Counted from the first letter of the stretch, positions 1 to 8,430 are shown. The stretch: DNA of 59,383 bases from a virus (IMGVR_UViG_3300024232_000001:1-59383); one strand, 5' to 3'. The notes: generated from the sequence alone by a model not told the origin. Numbers and translations: made by a program.

Positions 1-127
1 GCGCGTCGACAGGGTTATGGCTCAGCTATCGAATCACTGCGTGCTGAGTACGCCAAATGGAAAGAATTGGGGACGCGCAAGATGTGGCTCTCGGAAGCCG
101 CCGACTGGCTTGAGAAAAATAGCCTTT
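1..127. repeat. Terminal direct repeat, copy 1 (identical to 59257..59383); indicates a circularly closed or terminally redundant contig
   Basis: Read directly: bases 1-127 recur base-for-base at 59257-59383; an ORF reads through the junction. Confidence 0.95.
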
Positions 128-129
128 AA
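1..129 (+). CDS. 3' end of the wrap-around ORF that starts at 59137 (hypothetical protein)
   Basis: Frame 1 is open from base 1 to TAA 127-129 and is the duplicate of 59257..59383. Confidence 0.6.
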   Translation, partial: ARRQGYGSAIESLRAEYAKWKELGTRKMWLSEAADWLEKNSL

Positions 130-144
130 CGGAGCTTAACAGAG

Positions 145-330
145 ATGGGCGACACTTTTGATATTGGCCCGGATGATATCGCCAGATATGTGCGCCAGAG
201 GTCAACAGGAGAGGTGGGGATGATCGTCCGGGACCCTGGCAATGGGTGGCTGCACCCATCTCAGAAGTATGAATGGGAAGCGTCCAGAGACGATTTTGAG
301 TACGTCACCATCCGGCCTGGCCGCCATTAA
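145..330 (+). CDS. hypothetical protein (61 aa)
   Basis: ORF track; preceded by TTAA-N6-TTAACAGAG element. Confidence 0.5.
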   Translation: MGDTFDIGPDDIARYVRQRSTGEVGMIVRDPGNGWLHPSQKYEWEASRDDFEYVTIRPGRH

Positions 331-351
331 TCAATTTTAGAGGAGATTACC

Positions 352-564
352 GTGGATTTAGAATTGCCCGATGCTGCCTTGGTAGCGGACGAGGTATTTG
401 ACGCGGGCCTAGATGCTGTGATGTTGGAGCCGAAGATTGCTCACATCCGCGCCAAGCTTACCGAACGCGAAATCCGTATGTTGACAGCGGTGATTGTCAC
501 GGCGACAGCAACCATAGCAACTCGCCAACTGGTCGCCGCACTATTCGCTTCTAAGTCAAGTTAA
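352..564 (+). CDS. hypothetical protein (70 aa), hydrophobic C-terminus
   Basis: GTG start 5 nt after TTAGAGGAGA; ORF track. Confidence 0.55.
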   Translation: MDLELPDAALVADEVFDAGLDAVMLEPKIAHIRAKLTEREIRMLTAVIVTATATIATRQLVAALFASKSS

Positions 565-577
565 AGGAGATCGTTCG

Positions 578-751
578 ATGTCAGATGCACAGTTGATCAT
601 GGAACTGAAAAGCCTTCGATACGCAATTGAGCGTCGTGCTCCAGTGCGGGGGTTATTCATGGTCGGGCTCATCGAGGGCATGGTTAGCGCCGTCGCGTAT
701 TTGCCGTGGATCGGCATCTTCTATCTGATGTACCGATATTTTCACTCTTAA
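578..751 (+). CDS. small membrane protein (57 aa)
   Basis: ATG 7 nt after TTAAAGGAGA; translated by hand, hydrophobic stretch LFMVGLIEGMVSAVAYLPWIGIFYL; too short for the ORF track. Confidence 0.5.
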   Translation: MSDAQLIMELKSLRYAIERRAPVRGLFMVGLIEGMVSAVAYLPWIGIFYLMYRYFHS

Positions 752-777
752 ACCGCGTTAAAGGAGAAAATGAAGTA

Positions 778-954
778 ATGAACATTTCGCAAGACGAGTT
801 CTCCGCCCTTTTCGCAATCCGAGAGGCCGCGTTACAGCTATCGGAGAGCATGGTGAACGCTGAAGCGTCGGGTGCCGACTTCGATGCTGTGGATAAGGAA
901 TGGCAATTCTTAACCGTCGCGCTTGAGCGGTATCGCGAAGCACGCCACCGTTAA
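778..954 (+). CDS. hypothetical protein (58 aa)
   Basis: In-frame ATG of ORF 706..954, downstream of TTAAAGGAGA (762-767). Confidence 0.5.
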   Translation: MNISQDEFSALFAIREAALQLSESMVNAEASGADFDAVDKEWQFLTVALERYREARHR

Positions 955-977
955 AGTCGATTAAAGGAGATCGAAAA

Positions 978-1577
978 ATGCCTACTGGATATACGAGCGA
1001 CGTTCGATCCGGCAAGATCACCGAGTTTCCTGACTTCGCGCTCCAATGCGCGCGGGCGTTCGGGGCGCTGATCGTAATGCGTGACGAGCCACACGACAAA
1101 CCTATCCCGAAGGCTTTTGAGCCTGAGACAAGCTACTACGATGAGCAGATTTCAAGGTCACAGGCGACCATCGCCGACCTTGGTTCTCTCTCGGACGCGG
1201 ACTGTGAGCGCCGCGCATTGGCGGCTCACGCCGATGCGGTAGAGGCGGTGCGTGCGCGTATTCACGAGCGCGAGGAGGATCGTGATCGGTACCAAGCAAT
1301 GGTAGCCAAGGTCGAGGCGTGGACCCCACCGACAGACGACCATGAAGAGATGAAAAACTTCATGCTTCAGCAGCTAAACGAATCCATCCGTTTCGACTGC
1401 ACCCCGTACGCTGACCTCGACAAAGAACCTGCGCTCCAATCTGGCCGGGAATGGCGCGAGGCTATGCTGGCTCAAGCCGCCCGCGACCTGTCCTATGGGT
1501 TAGAGCATCGGCAGCAAGAGATCGAGCGCACGAACAAGCGCAACCAGTGGCTGACCGATTTGCGCAATAGCCTTTAA
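978..1577 (+). CDS. hypothetical protein (199 aa)
   Basis: ORF track; TTAAAGGAGA 7 nt upstream. Confidence 0.7.
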   Translation: MPTGYTSDVRSGKITEFPDFALQCARAFGALIVMRDEPHDKPIPKAFEPETSYYDEQISRSQATIADLGSLSDADCERRALAAHADAVEAVRARIHEREEDRDRYQAMVAKVEAWTPPTDDHEEMKNFMLQQLNESIRFDCTPYADLDKEPALQSGREWREAMLAQAARDLSYGLEHRQQEIERTNKRNQWLTDLRNSL

Positions 1578-1599
1578 TGTCTCTTAAAGGAGAAACGCA

Positions 1600-1974
1600 A
1601 TGTCTGAAACACGCGAGTTCCCGACCGCTGTCATTGCCTCGATATCGACCGGCGTTTTGATGTGCGATTTCGGCGCCATGCACGAGGCCGCGGAATACCT
1701 CATGGGACACCCCATCTGGACGCACCATTTCGCCAACAAAGACCTGTGGCGCGATATGAAGCGGGCAATCACCAACCAGTGTCCCGGCATTCCTACCGAG
1801 ATCGAGGGCGTAACCAAGGACAACTATCTTCAGAAGGTCGCCGATCTGGTGGCAGAGGTCGGCCCTGTCCAGACGATCCGAAAAGGTGATGGCGTGACGG
1901 CGATGCTCCCGACTGACGGCATCCCGGATCACCTGAAGGAGAAGGCTATTATGATCGGCGTGGATCGCTGTTAA
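1600..1974 (+). CDS. hypothetical protein (124 aa)
   Basis: ORF track; TTAAAGGAGA upstream. Confidence 0.7.
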   Translation: MSETREFPTAVIASISTGVLMCDFGAMHEAAEYLMGHPIWTHHFANKDLWRDMKRAITNQCPGIPTEIEGVTKDNYLQKVADLVAEVGPVQTIRKGDGVTAMLPTDGIPDHLKEKAIMIGVDRC

Positions 1975-1996
1975 ATATCCTTAGAGGAGAGTTGTA

Positions 1997-2179
1997 ATGG
2001 CCTACAAAGAGAATACGGAAATCGGCGAGATTGCCATTCGGTTGATCCGTGAGCTGCGGGCGAAGGATGCCCTAGAGGCATACCAGATGATCGAGGTTCT
2101 GCACATCGCCACCGGGATAGCTAATCTTGAGATTCAGCGCGAAACCCGTGAGGCCGCAAAGCCCGTTAAAATAACCTAA
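1997..2179 (+). CDS. hypothetical protein (60 aa)
   Basis: ORF track; TTAGAGGAGA upstream. Confidence 0.6.
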   Translation: MAYKENTEIGEIAIRLIRELRAKDALEAYQMIEVLHIATGIANLEIQRETREAAKPVKIT

Positions 2180-2190
2180 AGGAGATTGCC

Positions 2191-2460
2191 TTGACCAACC
2201 AGCCCGAGAAGCCGCACTTCGATCGCATCATGCGTGTCGAGCGTGAGCGGTTAGAACGCGTCGATGATCTGAAGGCGCTGTGGGCCAGCGCCAAGGATGC
2301 GCTCGACAAGGACGCGCTGAAGGATTTGAAGGTCGCCGTGAGGCGTGCCCTAGCCGATCCTGACAAGCTCGCCGAGACCCGCGCGAGAGAGGACCGCGCT
2401 GACGCCTTGCTGGCGTCCATCGGACCGCTCGGTGAAGCTGCTGTGCGGGCTGCGCAATGA
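2191..2460 (+). CDS. hypothetical protein (89 aa), charged helical
   Basis: TTG start 5 nt after CTAAAGGAGA. Confidence 0.6.
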   Translation: MTNQPEKPHFDRIMRVERERLERVDDLKALWASAKDALDKDALKDLKVAVRRALADPDKLAETRAREDRADALLASIGPLGEAAVRAAQ

Positions 2461-2816
2461 TACAACCGCGCCGCATGGATCGGCCCCAGGTCGGTTATTG
2501 GCGCATGAGATTGACGCGCGGTGGTCCTTTCGTGGGTGCGTGCATCAAGTGGGTCCAGACAACATATGAGCCAGGAGAGCCAAATAACCTGATGGAGCGC
2601 TCGCCGTTCATGGTCGCACTGATCAGCGATGAGGTCGTGTCGATCGACCGAGTATGGCTGAGCCGCGGAGAACCGATATCGGAAGCAGAATACCGCTACC
2701 TATGCGCCTCAGTGGACTACGCAATGAAGCACGATCCTGGCGCACCTGAAGCAGACCCGACGAAACGAATTGATTTAGCGACGGCACAGCCCGTCTATCG
2801 GAGGAGACAAGCGTGA
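2457..2816 (+). CDS. hypothetical protein (119 aa)
   Basis: ATGA overlap with the upstream stop; ORF track. Confidence 0.6.
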   Translation: MIQPRRMDRPQVGYWRMRLTRGGPFVGACIKWVQTTYEPGEPNNLMERSPFMVALISDEVVSIDRVWLSRGEPISEAEYRYLCASVDYAMKHDPGAPEADPTKRIDLATAQPVYRRRQA

Positions 2817-3664
2817 GCGAGCGGAGGCTTGATATTGGCGGGAATAATCCACCGCCAGACCTGAAGATCGGCGAGGCGTTACGTGAGCAACTGACCGACG
2901 AGAATCGTGCGCTGATGAAGCGCCGCGACGAACTGATGGCGATGGCTGATGATTTCGATGCCGATTACCCGACCGTGGACGACGACGATGCGAGCGGCAT
3001 TCTTGCTGGCATCATCACCCAAATTACCAAGTCGAGCAAAGCCGCCGATCAGACGCGCGAAGCCGTCAAGGCTCCATACCTTGAGGGTGGACGAATCGTT
3101 GACGGCTTCTTCAATGGCGGCATCAAGACGCCGCTGGACAAGCGCGCGGCGGCTCTAAACACAAAGCAGACCGCCTATCAGCGCGCCAAAGCAGATCGCA
3201 TTCGACGTGAGGCGGAAGAGGCGGCTCGGAAGGCGCGCGAGGAAGAAGATGCGCGGCGCCGGGAGGCTGAGAAGGCCGAGCGTGAACGGCTTGCTGCTGA
3301 GCGTGCCGCACGGAAGGCCCGCGATGATGCGGACGCCTCGGAACTGGCACGGCTCCGCGCTGCCGATGCTGAGCGTCGCGCTGAGGAAGCCCGACAGGCC
3401 GAAGAACGCGCCCGCATTGAGCGACAGGAACAGGCGAGGATTGCGGCGTCATCCGCCGCTGATCGAAGCCGGGTACGGGGTGATTATGCAGTGTCGAGCC
3501 TCAGAACCACATGGTCATTCGAGGTCTTGGACATCGCAAAGGTTCCTCCTGAGTTTCTTCAGGTCAATCAGCCGCTAGTCAACGCCGCAATCCGTGGACA
3601 GAACGGACGGCGCGACATTCCTGGCCTTCATATTTTCGCGGTCGAGACCGCACAGAATAGGTGA
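2813..3664 (+). CDS. hypothetical protein (283 aa) with long R/E/A coiled-coil core
   Basis: GTGA overlap with the upstream gene; central ARKAREEEDARRREAEKAERERLAAERAARK low-complexity helix. Confidence 0.7.
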   Translation: MSERRLDIGGNNPPPDLKIGEALREQLTDENRALMKRRDELMAMADDFDADYPTVDDDDASGILAGIITQITKSSKAADQTREAVKAPYLEGGRIVDGFFNGGIKTPLDKRAAALNTKQTAYQRAKADRIRREAEEAARKAREEEDARRREAEKAERERLAAERAARKARDDADASELARLRAADAERRAEEARQAEERARIERQEQARIAASSAADRSRVRGDYAVSSLRTTWSFEVLDIAKVPPEFLQVNQPLVNAAIRGQNGRRDIPGLHIFAVETAQNR

Positions 3665-3667
3665 TCT

Positions 3668-4894
3668 ATGCCGGATAACCAGCAAGTCGCTACACGCCAG
3701 CCTTCACCCTTCGAGGTCGAGTTGGCGTCCTATGAGCCACAATTCGCTGCCGCCCTGCCGGGCCATATCCCGGTCGAACGCTTCAAGCGCACCGTCATCA
3801 CGGCGCTGAATGCGCAGCCTGATCTTATCAAAGCCGATCGCCGTTCGCTGTTCACGGCGTGCGTGCGTGCTGCCCAAGACGGCCTGTTCCCCGATGGCAG
3901 GGAAGCCGCGCTGGTCGTGTTCAATTCCAAGAACAAGAAGACTGGGGAATGGAACAAGCTCGTTCAGTACCTACCGATGGTCGGCGGCTTGATCAAGAGG
4001 ATGCGCAACAGCGGCGAACTTGCTGCGATTTCAGCCTACGTCGTGTTCTCGAATGACAACTTCGATTATGAGCTTGGCGACAATCCGAGCATCACGCACA
4101 AGCCGTGCATGGGCGATAGGGGGCAGCCGATCGGTATCTATGCCGTAGCCAAGCTGACTAACGGGGAAACCCTACGCGAGGTCATGTCGGTAAGTGAGGT
4201 CGAGAAGGTTAGGGCCATCAGTCGGGCGAAGGACGATGGTCCGTGGACCATCTGGTGGGAGGAAATGGCTAGGAAGACAGTCATTCGTAGACTGTCTAAG
4301 CGTCTTCCCGGCTCATCGGATATCGACGATATGCTGCGCCGGGAAGAGGAACAGTATAGACACTCTGAACCTTCAGTGCCCACTCGTCGCCCAACGCGGG
4401 AGATGTTTCGGGAGACACCGCTCATGGTCACGGATGTTCCTGATGAGAAGGACGATGCTCCGCATGATCCTGAAACGGGCGAAGTGCCCGAGGATGGGTT
4501 TGGGCTGAAACCTCTGTGCAACGTTCCATTGGTTGAGGCGGGCAACGCGAAATGTGAAGAAGGGCTTGCCGCTCTTGAGGAATGGTGGAAAGGACTCACG
4601 CCATCAGAACGCGGGGAGCTTGGCGCGAAGGGAAGAAGTGCAGGACCGCATTTGGAGGGCTGGAAAGTGCGAGCCAAAGCCGCTGATGAGCGTGGTGGCC
4701 CAGCGACGGAAGAGAGCCTGTCTGAGACCATCACCGCGGCCTTAGAGGCTGCTAAGGCGCCCGAAGACGTGGATGCTCTGGTTGCCGAGTATGCGGTTGC
4801 GCTGAACGAAATCCCGCACGAGGAGTGGCTACCGCTACAGGCTGCGATCGACGCACGGCGCGCTATGTTGGCGGGAGAACCGGTTCATGGCTAG
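3668..4894 (+). CDS. recT: RecT-family single-strand annealing recombinase with acidic C-terminal extension
   Basis: Residues 40-215 (SLFTACVRAAQDGLFPDGREAALV..., YLPMVGGLIKR, IYAVAKLTNGE, WWEEMARKTVIRRLSKRLP) match the RecT/Bet-type pattern as I remember it. Confidence 0.85.
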   Translation: MPDNQQVATRQPSPFEVELASYEPQFAAALPGHIPVERFKRTVITALNAQPDLIKADRRSLFTACVRAAQDGLFPDGREAALVVFNSKNKKTGEWNKLVQYLPMVGGLIKRMRNSGELAAISAYVVFSNDNFDYELGDNPSITHKPCMGDRGQPIGIYAVAKLTNGETLREVMSVSEVEKVRAISRAKDDGPWTIWWEEMARKTVIRRLSKRLPGSSDIDDMLRREEEQYRHSEPSVPTRRPTREMFRETPLMVTDVPDEKDDAPHDPETGEVPEDGFGLKPLCNVPLVEAGNAKCEEGLAALEEWWKGLTPSERGELGAKGRSAGPHLEGWKVRAKAADERGGPATEESLSETITAALEAAKAPEDVDALVAEYAVALNEIPHEEWLPLQAAIDARRAMLAGEPVHG

Positions 4895-5201
4895 GCAGCG
4901 CCGCTGTAAGTACGTCAATTGCCGGCGCACGCTGCGGCAGTACGCTGGCGAGGCTGAGGATGCGTTCATTGCCCGCACCACTTGCGACGATGCCTGCGCA
5001 GAGCAATGCAAGCGCGTCATCCGGTGGTCGTACGAGCCGAAGGACAAGGACTGGACGCGCGAGCGGGAGCAATGGCCAGAAGGCGTGCGCTTCGATAGCC
5101 TGTCGCTGGGCAGCGTGTACGGTCGGATTGCGCGCCCCGAGACGCACCGACCGTATGGCACGAGCGCGAGTTGGGCTGTCGGCGGAGGAAGCGATGTCTG
5201 A
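4887..5201 (+). CDS. hypothetical Cys-rich protein (104 aa)
   Basis: ORF track; overlaps the recT stop by 8 nt; CKYVNC...CDDACAEQC. Confidence 0.5.
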   Translation: MARQRRCKYVNCRRTLRQYAGEAEDAFIARTTCDDACAEQCKRVIRWSYEPKDKDWTREREQWPEGVRFDSLSLGSVYGRIARPETHRPYGTSASWAVGGGSDV

Positions 5202-5463
5202 GATGGTCGAGCGTGCTGCGCTAGCGGTTGCTCTGACGCGAGCGAAATACGGATGGCGATTGCCGGGTGATCGAGGCGGCAGGAAAGCAACTGCGCTTGA
5301 TTGCGAGATAGCCAAGGCGGCGATCGAGGCCACGCGCGAGCCTACCGAGGAGATGATTGAGGCGGCAGTCACCACCGACGCGGCAGAGCCGATCCATTTT
5401 GGTGCCTACGAAGCGACAGCAATGTGGCGTGCGATGATTGGCGCCGCTGTTAAGAATGCTTAA
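5194..5463 (+). CDS. hypothetical protein (89 aa)
   Basis: ATG at 5194 after GGAGGAAGCG, overlaps the upstream stop (ATGTCTGA); C-terminal part of ORF 4825..5463. Confidence 0.55.
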   Translation: MSEMVERAALAVALTRAKYGWRLPGDRGGRKATALDCEIAKAAIEATREPTEEMIEAAVTTDAAEPIHFGAYEATAMWRAMIGAAVKNA

Positions 5464-5475
5464 CGGAGATTGTAG

Positions 5476-5763
5476 ATGCATACGCGCACGATCCAAGTCC
5501 GAGAAGGCGATAACGTCGGCCCCATTGATTGGTCTCATCCGACCGCCAAGGATATGCCGTTGGAGTGGCGCGAAGCTGAGAAAGACCCCGATGGGTTCAC
5601 CTATAACGGGCGCACGATCATCCAAATCTGTATGTATGACGGCTGGCCATACTGGAAGCCAACGCCCGCCGTTAACTTCATAGGTCCGCTGAAAAGCGGA
5701 GAATGGAACTTCTTCGACAGCTATGGCGCTTCTCCAAACAGCGTCGAGCGGAAACGCTCCTAA
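5476..5763 (+). CDS. hypothetical protein (95 aa)
   Basis: ORF track; TTAACGGAGA upstream. Confidence 0.65.
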   Translation: MHTRTIQVREGDNVGPIDWSHPTAKDMPLEWREAEKDPDGFTYNGRTIIQICMYDGWPYWKPTPAVNFIGPLKSGEWNFFDSYGASPNSVERKRS

Positions 5764-5786
5764 ACTACGTTAACGGAGATTTAGTT

Positions 5787-6035
5787 GTGAACGAGGCTGA
5801 AAGCCAGATTTTGAATTGTCTGATCGATGCGGGCGACGACTTCGGCTATTTGTCGTTCGCGGACATCTCCAGCCGCACGGGTCTCGAACGCAAGATCGTA
5901 CGAAGAGCTTGCCGGGCATTGGCACGCAAAGGACTTGCAGCCTATGGTCGCGGCTTATTCAACGACGATGGAGAAGTCGCCGGCAGTGGATATACCGCTA
6001 CACGGCAGGCACGGTCCACCGTTAGTCATCATTAA
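5787..6035 (+). CDS. small winged-helix-like DNA-binding protein (82 aa)
   Basis: GTG 7 nt after TTAACGGAGA; SFADISSRTGLERKIVRRACRALARKGL resembles a wHTH recognition region. Confidence 0.5.
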   Translation: MNEAESQILNCLIDAGDDFGYLSFADISSRTGLERKIVRRACRALARKGLAAYGRGLFNDDGEVAGSGYTATRQARSTVSHH

Positions 6036-6047
6036 AGGAGAAGACGT

Positions 6048-6332
6048 ATGAGCCGTTACCCATCCGAAGGCGTTGCGAGATTTGACCAGCAATTTCGCGA
6101 GACAGAGGGAGGGCGCAATGAACGACTGCGCGAGACACGATTTAAGCGGAATATCGAATCGTTTCAGAGGTTGATCGCTGATCTTGCTTCCGAGGCTCTG
6201 GCTGATGAAGGGCCTGACTGGTCGCAAGAGGGATTGGACAAGCTCCGTGTCCGCGTCGCCAACGCCATCCCACCGGATATGTTGCCAGAGTGCTTCGCTC
6301 AATGGCGTGACCCGCCCGTCGTTCGCTCTTAA
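6048..6332 (+). CDS. hypothetical protein (94 aa)
   Basis: ORF track; TTAAAGGAGA upstream. Confidence 0.6.
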   Translation: MSRYPSEGVARFDQQFRETEGGRNERLRETRFKRNIESFQRLIADLASEALADEGPDWSQEGLDKLRVRVANAIPPDMLPECFAQWRDPPVVRS

Positions 6333-6390
6333 CGGCTATTAACGGATGAAAGATTCCTCGCCGCCTGGATTAAGCGCGGCATCACCAGAA

Positions 6391-6440
6391 GATAGGGGCG
6401 GTCCTGGGGGGATGTCGGATCGCCGGCTAACGCCCCTATC
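6391..6440 (+). other. Perfect 10-bp stem / 30-nt loop hairpin in a 123-nt non-coding gap of the early operon
   Basis: GATAGGGGCG (6391-6400) pairs with CGCCCCTATC (6431-6440); no U-tract follows. Confidence 0.5.
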
Positions 6441-6455
6441 GCCGGGAGAAACAGG

Positions 6456-6680
6456 ATGGCGACTAGGGCGGGATTCATGGTTGTTGACGGCAGGGTTCGT
6501 GGACACACGCAGCGTCACGACGGTAGTGAGTCGTTCTTTGAACTTGGGGAATTGTATCCCATGACCGAAGAGGCAGTATGCCGGCTTCTCTCACGTGCTT
6601 TTTCAGCAGGTGTTGCGTACCGCGCTAGAGACGTTTGGGCCGCATTGGCTGAGCATACCAATGAGATTGTGAACTATTAG
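6456..6680 (+). CDS. hypothetical protein (74 aa)
   Basis: ORF track; GGGAGAAACAGG before the ATG. Confidence 0.5.
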   Translation: MATRAGFMVVDGRVRGHTQRHDGSESFFELGELYPMTEEAVCRLLSRAFSAGVAYRARDVWAALAEHTNEIVNY

Positions 6681-6711
6681 TCCTTTATTTATCTTTAACG
6701 GAGATTGCCAA

Positions 6712-6945
6712 ATGAGTTCCCCTCAATGCGTATCCTGCCGCTGGTGGAACGGCGATAGGACATATGCCGCCGAAGCGTATGGAGAAAAAGATAAGCACGG
6801 CAAATGTTACCATATCGTCCCATCGCCTGCGCTTCCTGATGACTGGCCAGTTCGGCTCTATCCCGCAGGCATCAATGCATGGGTAGAGACCCGATATGAT
6901 TTTGCCTGTCGCGATTGGGAATCCTTTGCGAAGAAATCCTCTTAA
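6712..6945 (+). CDS. hypothetical Cys-containing protein (77 aa)
   Basis: ORF track; TTAACGGAGA upstream. Confidence 0.6.
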   Translation: MSSPQCVSCRWWNGDRTYAAEAYGEKDKHGKCYHIVPSPALPDDWPVRLYPAGINAWVETRYDFACRDWESFAKKSS

Positions 6946-6967
6946 ATTATCTTAAAGGAGATCGGGA

Positions 6968-7183
6968 ATGGGTTCTCATCTGCTACCCTGCCCGTGTTGT
7001 GGCGGCAGGGCTGTGTTCGGAGAGATCACCGACGATAGCGATTCCAACTTCGGCGGACATTTTATCACCTGTTCAGCGTGTGTGATAACGACGGATCTTC
7101 GATTTGCGTGCGGTGATGATCCGCTTCCGCTGTTGGCCGAACAATGGAACCGACGCGCGCCAATCACCTTGAATATAGATTAA
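6968..7183 (+). CDS. lar: Lar-family restriction-alleviation-like zinc-ribbon protein (71 aa)
   Basis: CPCCGG...ITCSAC two-CxxC layout and the tail LLAEQWNRRAP resemble Lar-family proteins; sits directly upstream of a DNA methyltransferase. Confidence 0.55.
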   Translation: MGSHLLPCPCCGGRAVFGEITDDSDSNFGGHFITCSACVITTDLRFACGDDPLPLLAEQWNRRAPITLNID

Positions 7184-7195
7184 CGGAGATTTAAG

Positions 7196-8311
7196 TTGAC
7201 CGTCCGCGTGATCCACGGCGACTGCCGCTCTGCCCTGGCCGACCTGCCAAGCGAGAGCGTGCATTGCTGCGTGACCAGCCCGCCGTACTACGGGCTGCGG
7301 GACTACGGCGTTGAGGGGCAGATCGGGCTTGAGGAAACGCCGGATGCCTACGTGGCCGAGATGGTCGCGGTGTTCCGCGAGGTCCGCCGCGTGTTACGCC
7401 CGGACGGGACGCTCTGGCTAAACATCGGAGACAGCTACGCCGGCAGCGGCAAGGGCAGCAACCCCGAAGCCGGAAAGCAGGCGACCAACAAAGGCTCACA
7501 GTCTGTCGGCGTCCTGTACGGGAAGACGGGAGAGACTGCGCGGCAGGCTGCTGTGACCAACGTCACACGCAAGACGTTCCGCGCTGGCAATCCCGAGAAG
7601 AACGGCGGCGCATCAAACCGGGACGGCATCGGAGCCGTAGGGGGCATCAAGGCCAAAGACCTGATCGGGATTCCGTGGATGCTGGCCTTTGCCCTCCGCG
7701 CCGATGGCTGGTGGCTACGCCAGGACATCATCTGGTCGAAGCCTAATCCCATGCCCGAGAGCGTCACTGACCGCTGCACCAAGGCGCACGAGTACCTGTT
7801 CATGCTCAGCAAGGGCACGAGGTACTACTACGATGCTGAGGCCATAGCAGAGCCGGCCATCTACTCGGGGCTTGCCAACCAAGACGCTAGCGGCTTCAAA
7901 AGCCCCACGTCATTCAACGGGAAGCACAAAGAAGGCTACCGGACCTCAGACAAGCAACGCGGTCACGGCCGACGCCACGCCGGCTTCAATGATCGGTGGG
8001 ACGCAATGACACGCGAGGAACAGTGCTCTGGCACGCGCAACAAGCGGTCGGTTTGGGAAGTGGCGACACAGCCGTTCCCTGACGCGCACTTCGCCACATT
8101 CCCGCCGTCGCTGATCGAGCCGTGCATCCTAGCCGGTTGCCCGAAGGGCGGAACAGTGCTCGACCCGTTCGGCGGCGCGGGAACAACTGGCTTGGTTGCT
8201 GATCGGCTAGAGCGCAGTGCCGTCCTGATCGAACTCAATCCGCAGTATGCCACGATGGCGCGCAACCGCATCTTCGACGACGCGCCGCTGTTCGCTGACG
8301 TGGCAGACTGA
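7196..8311 (+). CDS. DNA methyltransferase, beta-class N4-C/N6-A family (motif IV SPPY before motif I)
   Basis: VTSPPYYGLRDY near the N-terminus and VLDPFGGAGTTG near the C-terminus; TTG start after TTAACGGAGA. Confidence 0.9.
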   Translation: MTVRVIHGDCRSALADLPSESVHCCVTSPPYYGLRDYGVEGQIGLEETPDAYVAEMVAVFREVRRVLRPDGTLWLNIGDSYAGSGKGSNPEAGKQATNKGSQSVGVLYGKTGETARQAAVTNVTRKTFRAGNPEKNGGASNRDGIGAVGGIKAKDLIGIPWMLAFALRADGWWLRQDIIWSKPNPMPESVTDRCTKAHEYLFMLSKGTRYYYDAEAIAEPAIYSGLANQDASGFKSPTSFNGKHKEGYRTSDKQRGHGRRHAGFNDRWDAMTREEQCSGTRNKRSVWEVATQPFPDAHFATFPPSLIEPCILAGCPKGGTVLDPFGGAGTTGLVADRLERSAVLIELNPQYATMARNRIFDDAPLFADVAD

Positions 8312-8343
8312 ATCGCTGTTAAATCGGTTTAGAGGAGATCGCC

Positions 8344-8430
8344 GTGTGCGCTATGGTCATCGGGACTCTGAGCGGTATAGCGCTCGGCATGTTTGGCGTG
8401 TGGATTTTCGAGAGGTTATTCGGTGCCTGA
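8344..8430 (+). CDS. 28-aa hydrophobic peptide
   Basis: GTG 5 nt after TTAGAGGAGA; VCAMVIGTLSGIALGMFGVWIFERLFGA. Confidence 0.4.
   Translation: MCAMVIGTLSGIALGMFGVWIFERLFGA

Noticed and set aside
1-127. True physical direct terminal repeats (T7-like DTR)
   Set aside because: A gene and an operon run through the junction, and the repeat has the length expected from an assembler k-mer overlap. Circular closure is the more economical explanation, though it is untestable without reads.
4825-5193. N-terminal 123 codons of ORF 4825..5463 as part of one 212-aa protein
   Set aside because: That part is R/A/S-rich and overlaps recT and ORF 4887..5201. A proper RBS and ATG occur at 5194, where protein-like sequence begins.
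6346-6564. 72-aa ORF starting right after TTAACGG
   Set aside because: It has no GGAGA, an S/P/G/R-rich composition, and a 109-nt overlap with the better-supported ORF 6456..6680.
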